A DNA stretch of 64,000 nucleotides from assembly GCA_965208575.1 (NCBI GenBank), contig CBDBOV010000002.1:512001-576000 (forward strand), in the 5' to 3' direction. The notes beneath the pieces were generated by a model. The model searched no databases. It worked only from the letters and a program-made list of their open reading frames with translations, and was not told the DNA's origin. Positions within the stretch are counted from its first letter, which is position 1; the number at the start of each line of letters is the position of its first letter. The translations under genes and the position numbers were made by a program. Positions 27,694 to 36,303 of this stretch are shown one piece after another. The stretch comes from Spirochaetia bacterium. Lineage in GTDB: Bacteria > Spirochaetota > Spirochaetia > SZUA-6 > Bin103.

Positions 27694-28782
27694 TCAGCCG
27701 TGCGCCCGGCGCTCGCGGTCGCGGGCGGCCTGCAGGAACTCCTGCACCTTGACCGGCTGCCCGGTGTGGCTGCTCTCGATGGCGGCGAAGATCAGCGCCA
27801 CCGACTGCAGGTTGGCCTCCACGTTGGTGGCCATCGCCTCGCCGCCGTCCAGCCAGTCCAGGAACTGTTCCAGCAGCCAGGCGTCGGTCCAGTACTTCTG
27901 TTTTAGCAGCGGCACCTCGATGCCCTCGCCCTCGCGCTTGTACTGCTTCGGCTCGTACGGGAAGCGCTCGATGCGGCGGTGGTCCATGATCAGCGTCTCG
28001 TGCTCGCACTCGGCGCGAATGTACTCCCGCGACCAGCCGTTGAAGCCGCACGCGTTGGTCTTGGCGCCCTCGTAGATGGCGCGGGCGCCGTTCTCGAAGG
28101 TCATCATCACGTGGCCCTGCGAGCCGCTGGCGTATTCGCCCCAGGACGGGTTCCAGGTCTGCGCGTAGATGGTGTCGCAGTTCGCTCCGGCCATGTCCGC
28201 GATGATGTCGAGGTGATGCACCGACCCTTCGATCATCAGCGTTTCGTCGATGGTGTGGCGGAAGTGCGCGCCCCAGTCGCCGAAGTTGCGCAGGCCGCAG
28301 GTGAAGCGGCACACCAAGTAGTCGATGGTGCCGGGCCGGCCGGAGCGCAACTCGTGGCGCAGCGTGGTCTTGTCCTGGTCGAAGCGGTGGCTCATGGTCA
28401 CCCCCATCTTCTTGCCGGCGCGCTGCACCTTGTGGGCGATGCGCACCGCGGCGTCCATGGTGTCGGCGATCGGCTTCTCGGAGATCACGTGCATGTCGTG
28501 GGCAAGGGCGGCGTCCACCACCGACTCGTGGAACGCGGGCGGCACCACCACCGTGCAGATGTCGGCGGGGTTCTCGGCGCAGGCCTGCTGCAGGTCGGTG
28601 TAGCACTTTTCCGGCGGCAGCCCGAGGTGTTCCTGCGCGTTGCGGTGCACGCCGGGGTCGATGTCCACGGCGGCCACCACCTCCAGGCGGCCGGAGGCGA
28701 CGTGCGGCGGCAGAAACCGGGACATCCAGGGGACACCGCGACCGCCGGTGCCCACCTGGATCAGGCGATAGGTGTTTGGCAT
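27694..28782 (-). CDS. Gfo/Idh/MocA family oxidoreductase
   Basis: 'LIQVGTGGRG' Rossmann motif, 'HVISEKPIA', 'EGSVHHLD'. Confidence 0.9.
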   Translation of the reverse strand: MPNTYRLIQVGTGGRGVPWMSRFLPPHVASGRLEVVAAVDIDPGVHRNAQEHLGLPPEKCYTDLQQACAENPADICTVVVPPAFHESVVDAALAHDMHVISEKPIADTMDAAVRIAHKVQRAGKKMGVTMSHRFDQDKTTLRHELRSGRPGTIDYLVCRFTCGLRNFGDWGAHFRHTIDETLMIEGSVHHLDIIADMAGANCDTIYAQTWNPSWGEYASGSQGHVMMTFENGARAIYEGAKTNACGFNGWSREYIRAECEHETLIMDHRRIERFPYEPKQYKREGEGIEVPLLKQKYWTDAWLLEQFLDWLDGGEAMATNVEANLQSVALIFAAIESSHTGQPVKVQEFLQAARDRERRAHG

Positions 28783-28953
28783 GTCGGCCCCGACGCTAAG
28801 CGCCCCCGATGCCCGTGTCAATCCGCCATTTGAGGGTTGCGGGCGCGATGCGGTGGGGTCAGGGTCTGCGGTCGGAAGCGACCGCGGTCCTGCCATCCGC
28901 TGATGGATGGCGCCAGTAGCATGCCGTTCACTTGAGCGGTATGATTGATTCAT

Positions 28954-29400
28954 ATGAGCGTTGCAGCGACGGAGGTCGCCGAGGTTCTGGGCGGTCAGCG
29001 GGTGCTCGGACGCAGGATCCGGCACGCACGTGACCTGGAGGATTTGATTCGCGAGGGAGTCCCGAAGCCGGCTCTGGAACGCTTGGTCAGCTTGCTCGCG
29101 GCGCCGGGTGGTAACGGCAGGGATCTCAGGGCCGGGCTGCGGAGCCGCATCGTGTCGCGGGCCACGTATCAGCGGGCCGAGCGCTTCAACCTGCAGGTCA
29201 GCGAGACCACGGAACGGCTCGCGCGCCTCTATGCGCTGGCTGCATCCGCATTTGCCGATGGCGGCGCAACGGCGCGGTTCATGCTAACGCCCCATCCCGA
29301 ACTCGGTGATCGAGCGCCCTTCGATGTCGCGCTGACCGAGGTTGGGGGACGAGAAGTCGAGGAGGTCATCGAGCGGGGCCTGCATGGCCTCCCGGCATGA
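28954..29400 (+). CDS. Xre/MbcA/ParS-family antitoxin
   Basis: 'VAEVLGG..VLG..I....DL...IREG.P', 'ERL.RL...A...F......RF...PHPEL....P.D.A.TE.G.REVE..I.R..HGLPA'. Confidence 0.88.
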   Translation: MSVAATEVAEVLGGQRVLGRRIRHARDLEDLIREGVPKPALERLVSLLAAPGGNGRDLRAGLRSRIVSRATYQRAERFNLQVSETTERLARLYALAASAFADGGATARFMLTPHPELGDRAPFDVALTEVGGREVEEVIERGLHGLPA

Positions 29401-29836
29401 GACCGTAAGGTACGCATACCGGATCGTCAGCTCCCGGTACCCGCCATTCGACGGAGCTGGCGCGTACCGTTGGGGTAGCCGCTGGGTCAGCCCCGGCCGC
29501 CACGTGGTGCATGCGGCGGAAACCTATGCGCTTGCCGTGCTCGAGAACCTTGTGCACTGGCAAAGTGGCACGCTGCCGAGCGATCTGGTATGCGTTCGGA
29601 TCGCAATCCCGCGCGACGTTGCGCAGGAACAGGCCGACGAGATCGAGCCGGCACTGTTGCTTGCCGACGACTATCGCGCGACGCGACGCATCGGCGACGC
29701 CTGGTACGATGGCGGAGCAACCGCCCTACTGTGGGTGCCATCCGTCGTGTCTCCGTACGAGTCCAACGTGCTGTGCAATCAACGGCACGCGGAGTTCTCA
29801 CGGATTGTCGTGGGTGAGCCACTCCTGCTCGGGTAG
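29384..29836 (+). CDS. RES-domain toxin (NAD+ glycohydrolase/ART family)
   Basis: 'YRI...Y..FDG.GA...G.RW.SPG..V.H.AE..ALA.LE..VH', 'L.VPS.V.P.E.N.L.N..H.EF'. Start is uncertain. Confidence 0.85.
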   Translation: MASRHETVRYAYRIVSSRYPPFDGAGAYRWGSRWVSPGRHVVHAAETYALAVLENLVHWQSGTLPSDLVCVRIAIPRDVAQEQADEIEPALLLADDYRATRRIGDAWYDGGATALLWVPSVVSPYESNVLCNQRHAEFSRIVVGEPLLLG

Positions 29837-29947
29837 ATGCCCGCCTGTCGTACCGAAGGTGACGCCTACGAAAAAGAAGGCCGCCGAGTGCCGGCTGCCG
29901 GCTGTGGGTTGCAATAGGGCGAGTGATTCGCCATATTGAGTCTCAAA

Positions 29948-31111
29948 GTGGCGTTTGTAGGGAGATTTTTCGAGCCTCCGGCACAGAGTTACTACCTGTT
30001 CGGGCCGCGCGGCACCGGCAAGTCGGCCTGGACCCAACATCGCTACCGGGACGGCGTGCGCATCGACCTGCTGCGCCCGGCCACCCTGCAGCGCTACCGG
30101 TCGCGCCCCGACCGCCTGTTCGACCTGGTCCACGCTCAGCCCGACGGGCAGGTGATCGTGATCGACGAGGTGCAGCGGGTCCCGGCACTGCTCAGCGCCG
30201 TCCATGCCCTCATCGAAGAGCACCGCGGCTGGCGGTTCGTGCTGACCGGGTCGAGCGCACGCAAGCTCAGGCGAGGCGGCGTCGACCTCATGGCGGGCCG
30301 GGCCGTGGTACGGACCATGCATCCTTTCATGGCGGCGGAGCTGGGCGACGCGTTCGATCTTCGCGCGGCGCTGCAGCGCGGGCTGCTGCCGCTGGTGTTG
30401 GGCGCAGAGGACCCGGTCGACACGCTGGAAGGCTACATCGCCGTCTACGTGCGCGAAGAGGTGCAAGTGGAGGGGCTGGTGCGGGACCTGGACCGATTCT
30501 CCCGGTTCCTGGAGGCGGTCACGTTCTCGCACGGGCAGCTCATGAACGTCAGCAACATCGCCCGCGACAGCGAAGTGAGCCGCAAGACGGTGGAGGGCTA
30601 CCTGGGCGTGCTGGAGGACCTGCTGCTGAGCTTTCGCGTGCCGGTGTTCCGCAAGCGCGCCGCGCGCGCCACGGTCGCGCACGACAAGCTGTACCTGTTC
30701 GATTGCGGGGTGTTCCGCTCGCTGCGCCCATCCGGGCCGCTCGACCGGCGCGAGGAGATCGCCGGAGCGGCGCTGGAAGGGCTGGTGGCCCAGCACCTGC
30801 GCGCATGGCTCGCCTATCGCGGCGCGGGCGACCGCCTGTACTACTGGCGCACGCGGGCCGGGTCGGAGGTGGACTTCATCCTCTACGGGCCGGAGCAGTT
30901 CACCGCCATCGAGGTGAAGCACAGCGCCGCGGTGCGGCGGGCCGACCTGCGCTCGCTACGCTCGTTCCACGCCGACTACCCGGAAGCGGAGCGCCTGCTG
31001 CTCTACCTCGGCGACGAGGAACTGTCCATCGACGGCGTTCTGTGCCTGCCGTGCGACCGCTTCCTGCGCCGGCTGCATCCGCGCCGCGCGCTGCCGACGA
31101 CTGCGGCCTGA
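29948..31111 (+). CDS. AAA_14 ATPase with DUF4143 C-terminal domain
   Basis: GPRGTGKS, IDEVQRVP, LTGSSARKL, 'KLYLFDCGV', 'YWRT..G.EVDF......AIEVK' PD-(D/E)xK-like end. Confidence 0.9.
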   Translation: MAFVGRFFEPPAQSYYLFGPRGTGKSAWTQHRYRDGVRIDLLRPATLQRYRSRPDRLFDLVHAQPDGQVIVIDEVQRVPALLSAVHALIEEHRGWRFVLTGSSARKLRRGGVDLMAGRAVVRTMHPFMAAELGDAFDLRAALQRGLLPLVLGAEDPVDTLEGYIAVYVREEVQVEGLVRDLDRFSRFLEAVTFSHGQLMNVSNIARDSEVSRKTVEGYLGVLEDLLLSFRVPVFRKRAARATVAHDKLYLFDCGVFRSLRPSGPLDRREEIAGAALEGLVAQHLRAWLAYRGAGDRLYYWRTRAGSEVDFILYGPEQFTAIEVKHSAAVRRADLRSLRSFHADYPEAERLLLYLGDEELSIDGVLCLPCDRFLRRLHPRRALPTTAA

Positions 31112-31234
31112 CGGCCGCCTGCAACGCGCGTCCCCACACCGATTATCGTCCGCGAACGCACCCCTGCCCGAATCGACGCCCGCCTGCCGAGCCGACTGGA
31201 CTTGGTCCAGCCACGTGCCGCGCGGAGATGATCG

Positions 31235-32104
31235 CTATTGCAGGTCGGGGCTGCGCGGGGCGACCGGTTCCAGGACGGAGCGCCGCTCCGGGGTAAGGCG
31301 TTCGCGCAGGCCGGGGGAGAGCTGATAGTTGAACCGGGTGCGTATGTGGCGCGGCGAGTAGCGGTACAGCACGGTGCGGCGGTAGCCGGGGTTGGTGCGC
31401 TCGGCGGAGCCGTGGGTCACGGCGTCGGTGAACAGCAGCACGTCGCCGGCGCGCAGGTGCACTTCGCGCATGCCGAGCGCGTTGCCGGCTCCCTCGCGCT
31501 CGTGGGTGGCGGCGGTGATCGGCTCACCCTCCACCTCCAGCCGCGGGTGCACCTCGGTGGCCTTGTGGCTGCCGGGCACTAGTACCGTGGGGCCGTCGCC
31601 GGGGCCGATGTCGTTCAGCGCCATGATCACGTTGATCTGGCCCACCATCCAGGCGCCGGTGTTGTGCTGGCGGAAGGTCATGTAGCTCAGCGGCACGTGG
31701 CCCCCGGAGTGGATGTAGAGGAAGCCTCCCCGGGTGCGCACGTTGAGCAGGGTCTCGTGAATCGACAGCCGGTTGACCGGATTGACGTAGCGGCTCACCA
31801 GGGGCAGCCAGGCCGGGTAGTCGATCAGGCGCTCGAACACCGCGCCCCCTTCCACGATGTTCTGGAAGTTCACGCCGTCGTCCGGGCTGTAGCTGTGCAG
31901 CTCCACGTGGCCGATCCAGCGCCCCCGTTGCTGCTTGCCGCGCTCGTCTTCGCGCGCCGGCGCCTCCTCGACGTAGCTCCAGTGATCGTCCAGCCACCGG
32001 TTCATGGCCGCAAGGTCGCGCTCCGCAAGCGCCCCCGGCAGCACCAGGTACCCCTGCAGATCGAACAAGTAATCGCACTGTCTGTCGTCGAGAACGCCGC
32101 GCAT
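31235..32104 (-). CDS. PhyH family dioxygenase
   Basis: 'YLFDLQGYLVL', 'ALNDIGPGDG.T.LVPGSHK', 'GDVLLFTDAVTHGS', 'RR..LYRY'. Confidence 0.85.
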   Translation of the reverse strand: MRGVLDDRQCDYLFDLQGYLVLPGALAERDLAAMNRWLDDHWSYVEEAPAREDERGKQQRGRWIGHVELHSYSPDDGVNFQNIVEGGAVFERLIDYPAWLPLVSRYVNPVNRLSIHETLLNVRTRGGFLYIHSGGHVPLSYMTFRQHNTGAWMVGQINVIMALNDIGPGDGPTVLVPGSHKATEVHPRLEVEGEPITAATHEREGAGNALGMREVHLRAGDVLLFTDAVTHGSAERTNPGYRRTVLYRYSPRHIRTRFNYQLSPGLRERLTPERRSVLEPVAPRSPDLQ

Positions 32105-32312
32105 GGCCCTCACCCTGCCGCAACCGCCGCCGGTCGGCAACCCTCCGCCGCGCGCGGTGCGCGCTGTGGTCCTTCTCGGGACGGCGCTCGTAGCGGCCGC
32201 GGCGGCGTTCGCCGGCCCGTCATCCGAGCCGTCCGCCTCGGGTGTACCGGAGCGCGGGGTGGAACCCGGCGGTGCGGCGCTCGAGCGCAGGCGGTGCTTC
32301 GCCGCGAGCGCC

Positions 32313-34166
32313 CTACGGCGTCCCGATCATGCCGGTGCGGCGGAGAATCTGGTCGACGCACTCCTGTGCCGTGCGCGCGTTGGTGTCCACCCGGATCTCG
32401 GGACTCTCGGGCGGTTCATACGGACTGCCGATGCCGGTGAAGTTGGGAAGCTCGCCGCGGCGTGCCTTGGCGTACAGCCCCTTGGTGTCGCGCGCCTCGC
32501 AGGTACCGAGCGACGCGTCGACGAACACCTCCACGAAGTCGCCCTTCGCGAACAGGCGCCGCGCCGCGTCCCGGTCCGCGCGAAACGGGCTGATCAGGGC
32601 TACGATGACGATCAGCCCCGCGTCGACCATCAGGCGCGCCACCTCGGCCACGCGCCGGATGTTCTCGATGCGGTCGTCCTCGGTGAATCCCAGGTCCCGG
32701 TTGAGGCCGTGCCGCACATTGTCGCCGTCCAGCACGTAGCTGTGCCTGCCCTCCAGGTGCAGCCGCTGCTCCAGGAGATTCGCCAACGTCGACTTCCCCG
32801 CGCCCGACAGGCCGGTCATCCACAGGCAGCGCGCGGACTGGCGCTTCGCTTCGCTGCGCAGGTGCTGGGTGACCTGAAAGCGCTGCCAGCGGATGTTCGA
32901 CGAACGGCGCAGCGCGTACCGAATCATGCCGGCGCCCGCCACCGAGGCGGTGAGCTGGTCCAGGAGGATGAAACCGCCGAGCACTTGCGATTCGTCGTAC
33001 GGGGCGAACGGAATGCGCCGGTTGGTCGACACGTCCACCTCGGCCGTGTCGCTCCGCTCCAGCCTCGTGGCCGGGCGCGGCCCTTCCTCGGGGTCCACGA
33101 CGTGCTTGATACGGGTCACGGTGGCGCCCACCTCGATGCCGTGCAGCACAAGCGTCACGGCGCGGCCCACGTACAGGGGAGCCTCGGCCATCCACAGGAG
33201 CGTGGCGCGGAAGTGGTCGGCAACTTCGAGCGGCGCGGAAGCTCCGGCAATCACGTCGCCCCGGCTGACGTCGACGTCTTCGCTGAGGGTGAGCGTGACC
33301 GAGTCGCCGGCGCCGGCGCGCTCGCGCGTGCCCATACCGGCCACGATCGACTCCACCCGCGTTTCCAGGGCCGACGGGAACAGCGCGACCCGGTCTCCCA
33401 CTCGAACGGTACCCGAAGCGATGCGCCCGCAGTAGCCCCTGAAGTCCGGGCTCGGCCGATTCACGTACTGTACCGGCATGCGAAACGGGCCGGCGTCGCG
33501 CGCGGGCTCCTCCACGTCGACCGTCTCCAGGTACGCCAGCAGCGTCGGGCCCGCGTACCATGGCGCGTCGGCCGCGTTCCAGCGCAGGTTGGCGCCGGTC
33601 AGCGCCGAGGTGGGGATCGCGGTGACGTTCGGTATCCCCGCATCGGCCGCGAGCCGCCGGAAGTCGCCGGCGATGGCGTCGAAGCGTGGCTCGCTCCACG
33701 CGACCGCATCCATCTTGTTCACCGCAAGCACAACCGTACGGATCCCGAACGCGGCGGCGATGCGGGTATGGCGGGCGGTCTGGCGCAGCACGCCCTTCGA
33801 TGCGTCGACCAGCACCACCGCCAGGTCGGAGTTCGACGCCGCGGTGGCCATGTTGTGGGTGTACTGGCCGTGTCCCGGGGCGTCGGCCACCACGAAGCGG
33901 CGCCTGCCGGTCGCGAAGTGGAGGTAGGCGACGTCGATGGTGATGCCCTGCTCGCGTTCCGCCTTCAGTCCGTCGGCCAGCAACGCGAGATCGACGGCGT
34001 CTCCCTGGGTGCCGTAGCGGACCGAGTCCTTCTCGACCGACCGCAGCTTGTCTTCGAACACGCGGCCGCAGTCGTACATCAGGCGGCCGATGAGGGTGCT
34101 CTTGCCGTCGTCGACGCTGCCGCAGATCACCAGCTTCAAGGGCTTCCGGGCCTCCGAGCCACCCAT
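32313..34166 (-). CDS. cysNC: Bifunctional sulfate adenylyltransferase subunit 1 / adenylyl-sulfate kinase (CysNC/NodQ)
   Basis: GTPase motifs 'CGSVDDGKSTLIG', 'EREQGITIDVAY', 'DAPGH', 'VNKMD'; APS kinase motifs 'WMTGLSGAGKST', 'LDGDNVRHGL', 'RDTKGLYAKAR'. Confidence 0.95.
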   Translation of the reverse strand: MGGSEARKPLKLVICGSVDDGKSTLIGRLMYDCGRVFEDKLRSVEKDSVRYGTQGDAVDLALLADGLKAEREQGITIDVAYLHFATGRRRFVVADAPGHGQYTHNMATAASNSDLAVVLVDASKGVLRQTARHTRIAAAFGIRTVVLAVNKMDAVAWSEPRFDAIAGDFRRLAADAGIPNVTAIPTSALTGANLRWNAADAPWYAGPTLLAYLETVDVEEPARDAGPFRMPVQYVNRPSPDFRGYCGRIASGTVRVGDRVALFPSALETRVESIVAGMGTRERAGAGDSVTLTLSEDVDVSRGDVIAGASAPLEVADHFRATLLWMAEAPLYVGRAVTLVLHGIEVGATVTRIKHVVDPEEGPRPATRLERSDTAEVDVSTNRRIPFAPYDESQVLGGFILLDQLTASVAGAGMIRYALRRSSNIRWQRFQVTQHLRSEAKRQSARCLWMTGLSGAGKSTLANLLEQRLHLEGRHSYVLDGDNVRHGLNRDLGFTEDDRIENIRRVAEVARLMVDAGLIVIVALISPFRADRDAARRLFAKGDFVEVFVDASLGTCEARDTKGLYAKARRGELPNFTGIGSPYEPPESPEIRVDTNARTAQECVDQILRRTGMIGTP

Positions 34167-35062
34167 CAGAAATACCCCTCCCGCTTCTTGCGCTCCATCG
34201 ACGCCTCCTCGTCGTGATCGATGACCCGCCCCTCGCGCTCCGACCTGCGCGCCGCCTCGATCTCGGCGACGATCTCGCCGACGCTCGCCGCCGTGCTCTC
34301 CACCGCCGCCGACAGCGGATAACACCCCAGCGTCCGGAAGCGAACGCGCTTGCGGGCCGGCTGCTCACCGGGCTCAAGCGGCATGCGATCGTCGTCCACC
34401 ACGATCCACTGGCCGTTGCGCCGCACCACGGGGCGTTCGGCGGCCAGGTAGAGCGGCACGATCGGGATCTCCTCGCACTTGATGTAGCGCCACACGTCGA
34501 GCTCGGTCCAGCTCGACAGGGCCGCCACCCGCCACGAGTCGCCGGCGGCGAGCCGGGTGGGGTAGAGGCGCCAGATCTCCGGCTGCTGGCGCTTCGGGTC
34601 CCACTGGTGACGGGCGTTGCGCAGCGAAAAGACCCGTTCCTTGGCGCGCGAGGCCTCTTCGTCGCGCCGGGCGCCGATAAATATCACGTCGTGCCGCCCC
34701 TCGTCGAGCGCAGCCAGGAACGGACGCGTCTTCATCTCCGTCGTGTAGCTCTGCGGACTGTGGCTGAACGGGGTGATCCCCTTCCGCGCCCCCTCGTGAT
34801 TGGTGCGGACCCGCAACTCCAGGCCGAAGCGCGCGGCAATCTCGTCGCGGTGCTCGATCATGGCGCGGAACTTCCACGTGGTGTCGACGTGGAGGATGGG
34901 AAAGGGCGGCTTCGCGGGCCAGAACGCCTTGCGCGCGAGGTGCAGGAGGACCGACGAGTCCTTGCCCACCGAGTAGGCCATGACCGGCCGCCGCGCCCGC
35001 GCCACGCCTTCGCGCAAGATCTCGATCGCCTCGGCCTCCAGCTCGTCGAGCCACGCCTTCAC
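34166..35062 (-). CDS. cysD: Sulfate adenylyltransferase subunit 2
   Basis: 'LEAEAI.ILRE', 'YSVGKDSSV', 'HVDTTWKF', 'GARRDEE.SRAKER', '[10 protein letters not shown]', 'SME.KKREGYF'; GTG start about 7 nt after AGGAG. Confidence 0.95.
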   Translation of the reverse strand: MKAWLDELEAEAIEILREGVARARRPVMAYSVGKDSSVLLHLARKAFWPAKPPFPILHVDTTWKFRAMIEHRDEIAARFGLELRVRTNHEGARKGITPFSHSPQSYTTEMKTRPFLAALDEGRHDVIFIGARRDEEASRAKERVFSLRNARHQWDPKRQQPEIWRLYPTRLAAGDSWRVAALSSWTELDVWRYIKCEEIPIVPLYLAAERPVVRRNGQWIVVDDDRMPLEPGEQPARKRVRFRTLGCYPLSAAVESTAASVGEIVAEIEAARRSEREGRVIDHDEEASMERKKREGYF

Positions 35063-35172
35063 GTGCACGCTCCTGCCGCCATCGCGTTCCTCCCGCCAGC
35101 CCGTCCCGCACGTTGCACCGTACGGCTCGGGCATGATAATAGACTGCTTGTACAACCATCCAGGACTCCTGA

Positions 35173-36303
35173 ATGGTGAACTTCCGCACGTCTTTTGCGG
35201 GGGAGGCCGAGACGTTGGCGCAGCGCGAAGAGTTCAACCCCATGTCGATGGCGCCTCTGCGCGTGTGGCTGCGCCTGGTCGCCCGGGCGGGCGGAGTGCG
35301 CCGCCCGTTTCGGGGGCGGTTGCAGCAGGCGCTCATCACGAGCGCGATCACCGCGGTTCCGCGCTGGCTCGAGTGGGCCGTCTACGGTGTGCCGATCGCG
35401 CGCACCCGGATCAGCAAGCCGCCGGTGATCATCCTCGGGTTCCCGCGCTCCGGCACGACCCTGCTGCACAACCTGATGGCGCACGATCCCGACCTGGGCT
35501 ACTGCTCCAACTACCAGGCGGCCATTCCGTTCTGCCTGGTCGGCGGCGAGCGGCTCAAGCGGCGGCTGGCTGCGCGGGTGCCGGAGAATCGAGGGATCGA
35601 CAACGTGGCCGCCGACCTGGACCTGCCGCAGGAAGAGGTGTTCGCGCTCGCCATGCACTCCCACCGTTCCTCCGCGCACGGGTTCACTTTTCCTTCCCTG
35701 ATGCCCGAACTGCACCGCAAGTACGTGCTGATGGACGCGCCGGAAGCCGAGGTGAGGGCGTGGCGCAAGGGCTACCTGCAGGTGGTAAAGAAGGCGACCT
35801 ACATGCACGGCGGCAAGCGGGTCGTGCAGAAGGCTACGCCCAATCTCGCGCGCATCCCGGTGATCATGGACATGTTCCCCGGCGCCCTCTACATCCACAT
35901 CGTCCGCAACCCCTACGAGCTCTATCCGTCCTACGTCCACCTGATCTCGACGCTCACCAGGAACTACGGCATGCAGGAGATCACCCCGCAGGAGCTGGAG
36001 GAGGGAGCGGTGCGCATGTACCGGCGAATCATGCGCAAGTATCTCGCTGAACGCCACCTCATCCCCGCCGACCGCTTCATCGAGATCCGGTTCGAGGAGC
36101 TGCGGGACGACCCGCTCGGGGTCCTGGAGCGCGTGTACGGGCATCTTGGACTGAACTGGGAGCAGGCGCGGTCGGCGATCGCGGCCTACGCCGGCACGCA
36201 GGCGTCGTACCGGCAGAATCGCTACGCGGACCGGGAGCACGTGCGGCGCGAAGTCGACGCGCACTGGGGATTCGCGGTGCGGGAGTGGCAGTACCGGCCT
36301 TGA
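35173..36303 (+). CDS. PAPS-dependent sulfotransferase (Sulfotransfer_3 / Stf3-like)
   Basis: 5'-PSB loop '[16 protein letters not shown]', 'PQEE.FAL', 3'-PB '[11 protein letters not shown]', 'IRFEEL..DP'. Start could also be ATG 35242. Confidence 0.9.
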   Translation: MVNFRTSFAGEAETLAQREEFNPMSMAPLRVWLRLVARAGGVRRPFRGRLQQALITSAITAVPRWLEWAVYGVPIARTRISKPPVIILGFPRSGTTLLHNLMAHDPDLGYCSNYQAAIPFCLVGGERLKRRLAARVPENRGIDNVAADLDLPQEEVFALAMHSHRSSAHGFTFPSLMPELHRKYVLMDAPEAEVRAWRKGYLQVVKKATYMHGGKRVVQKATPNLARIPVIMDMFPGALYIHIVRNPYELYPSYVHLISTLTRNYGMQEITPQELEEGAVRMYRRIMRKYLAERHLIPADRFIEIRFEELRDDPLGVLERVYGHLGLNWEQARSAIAAYAGTQASYRQNRYADREHVRREVDAHWGFAVREWQYRP

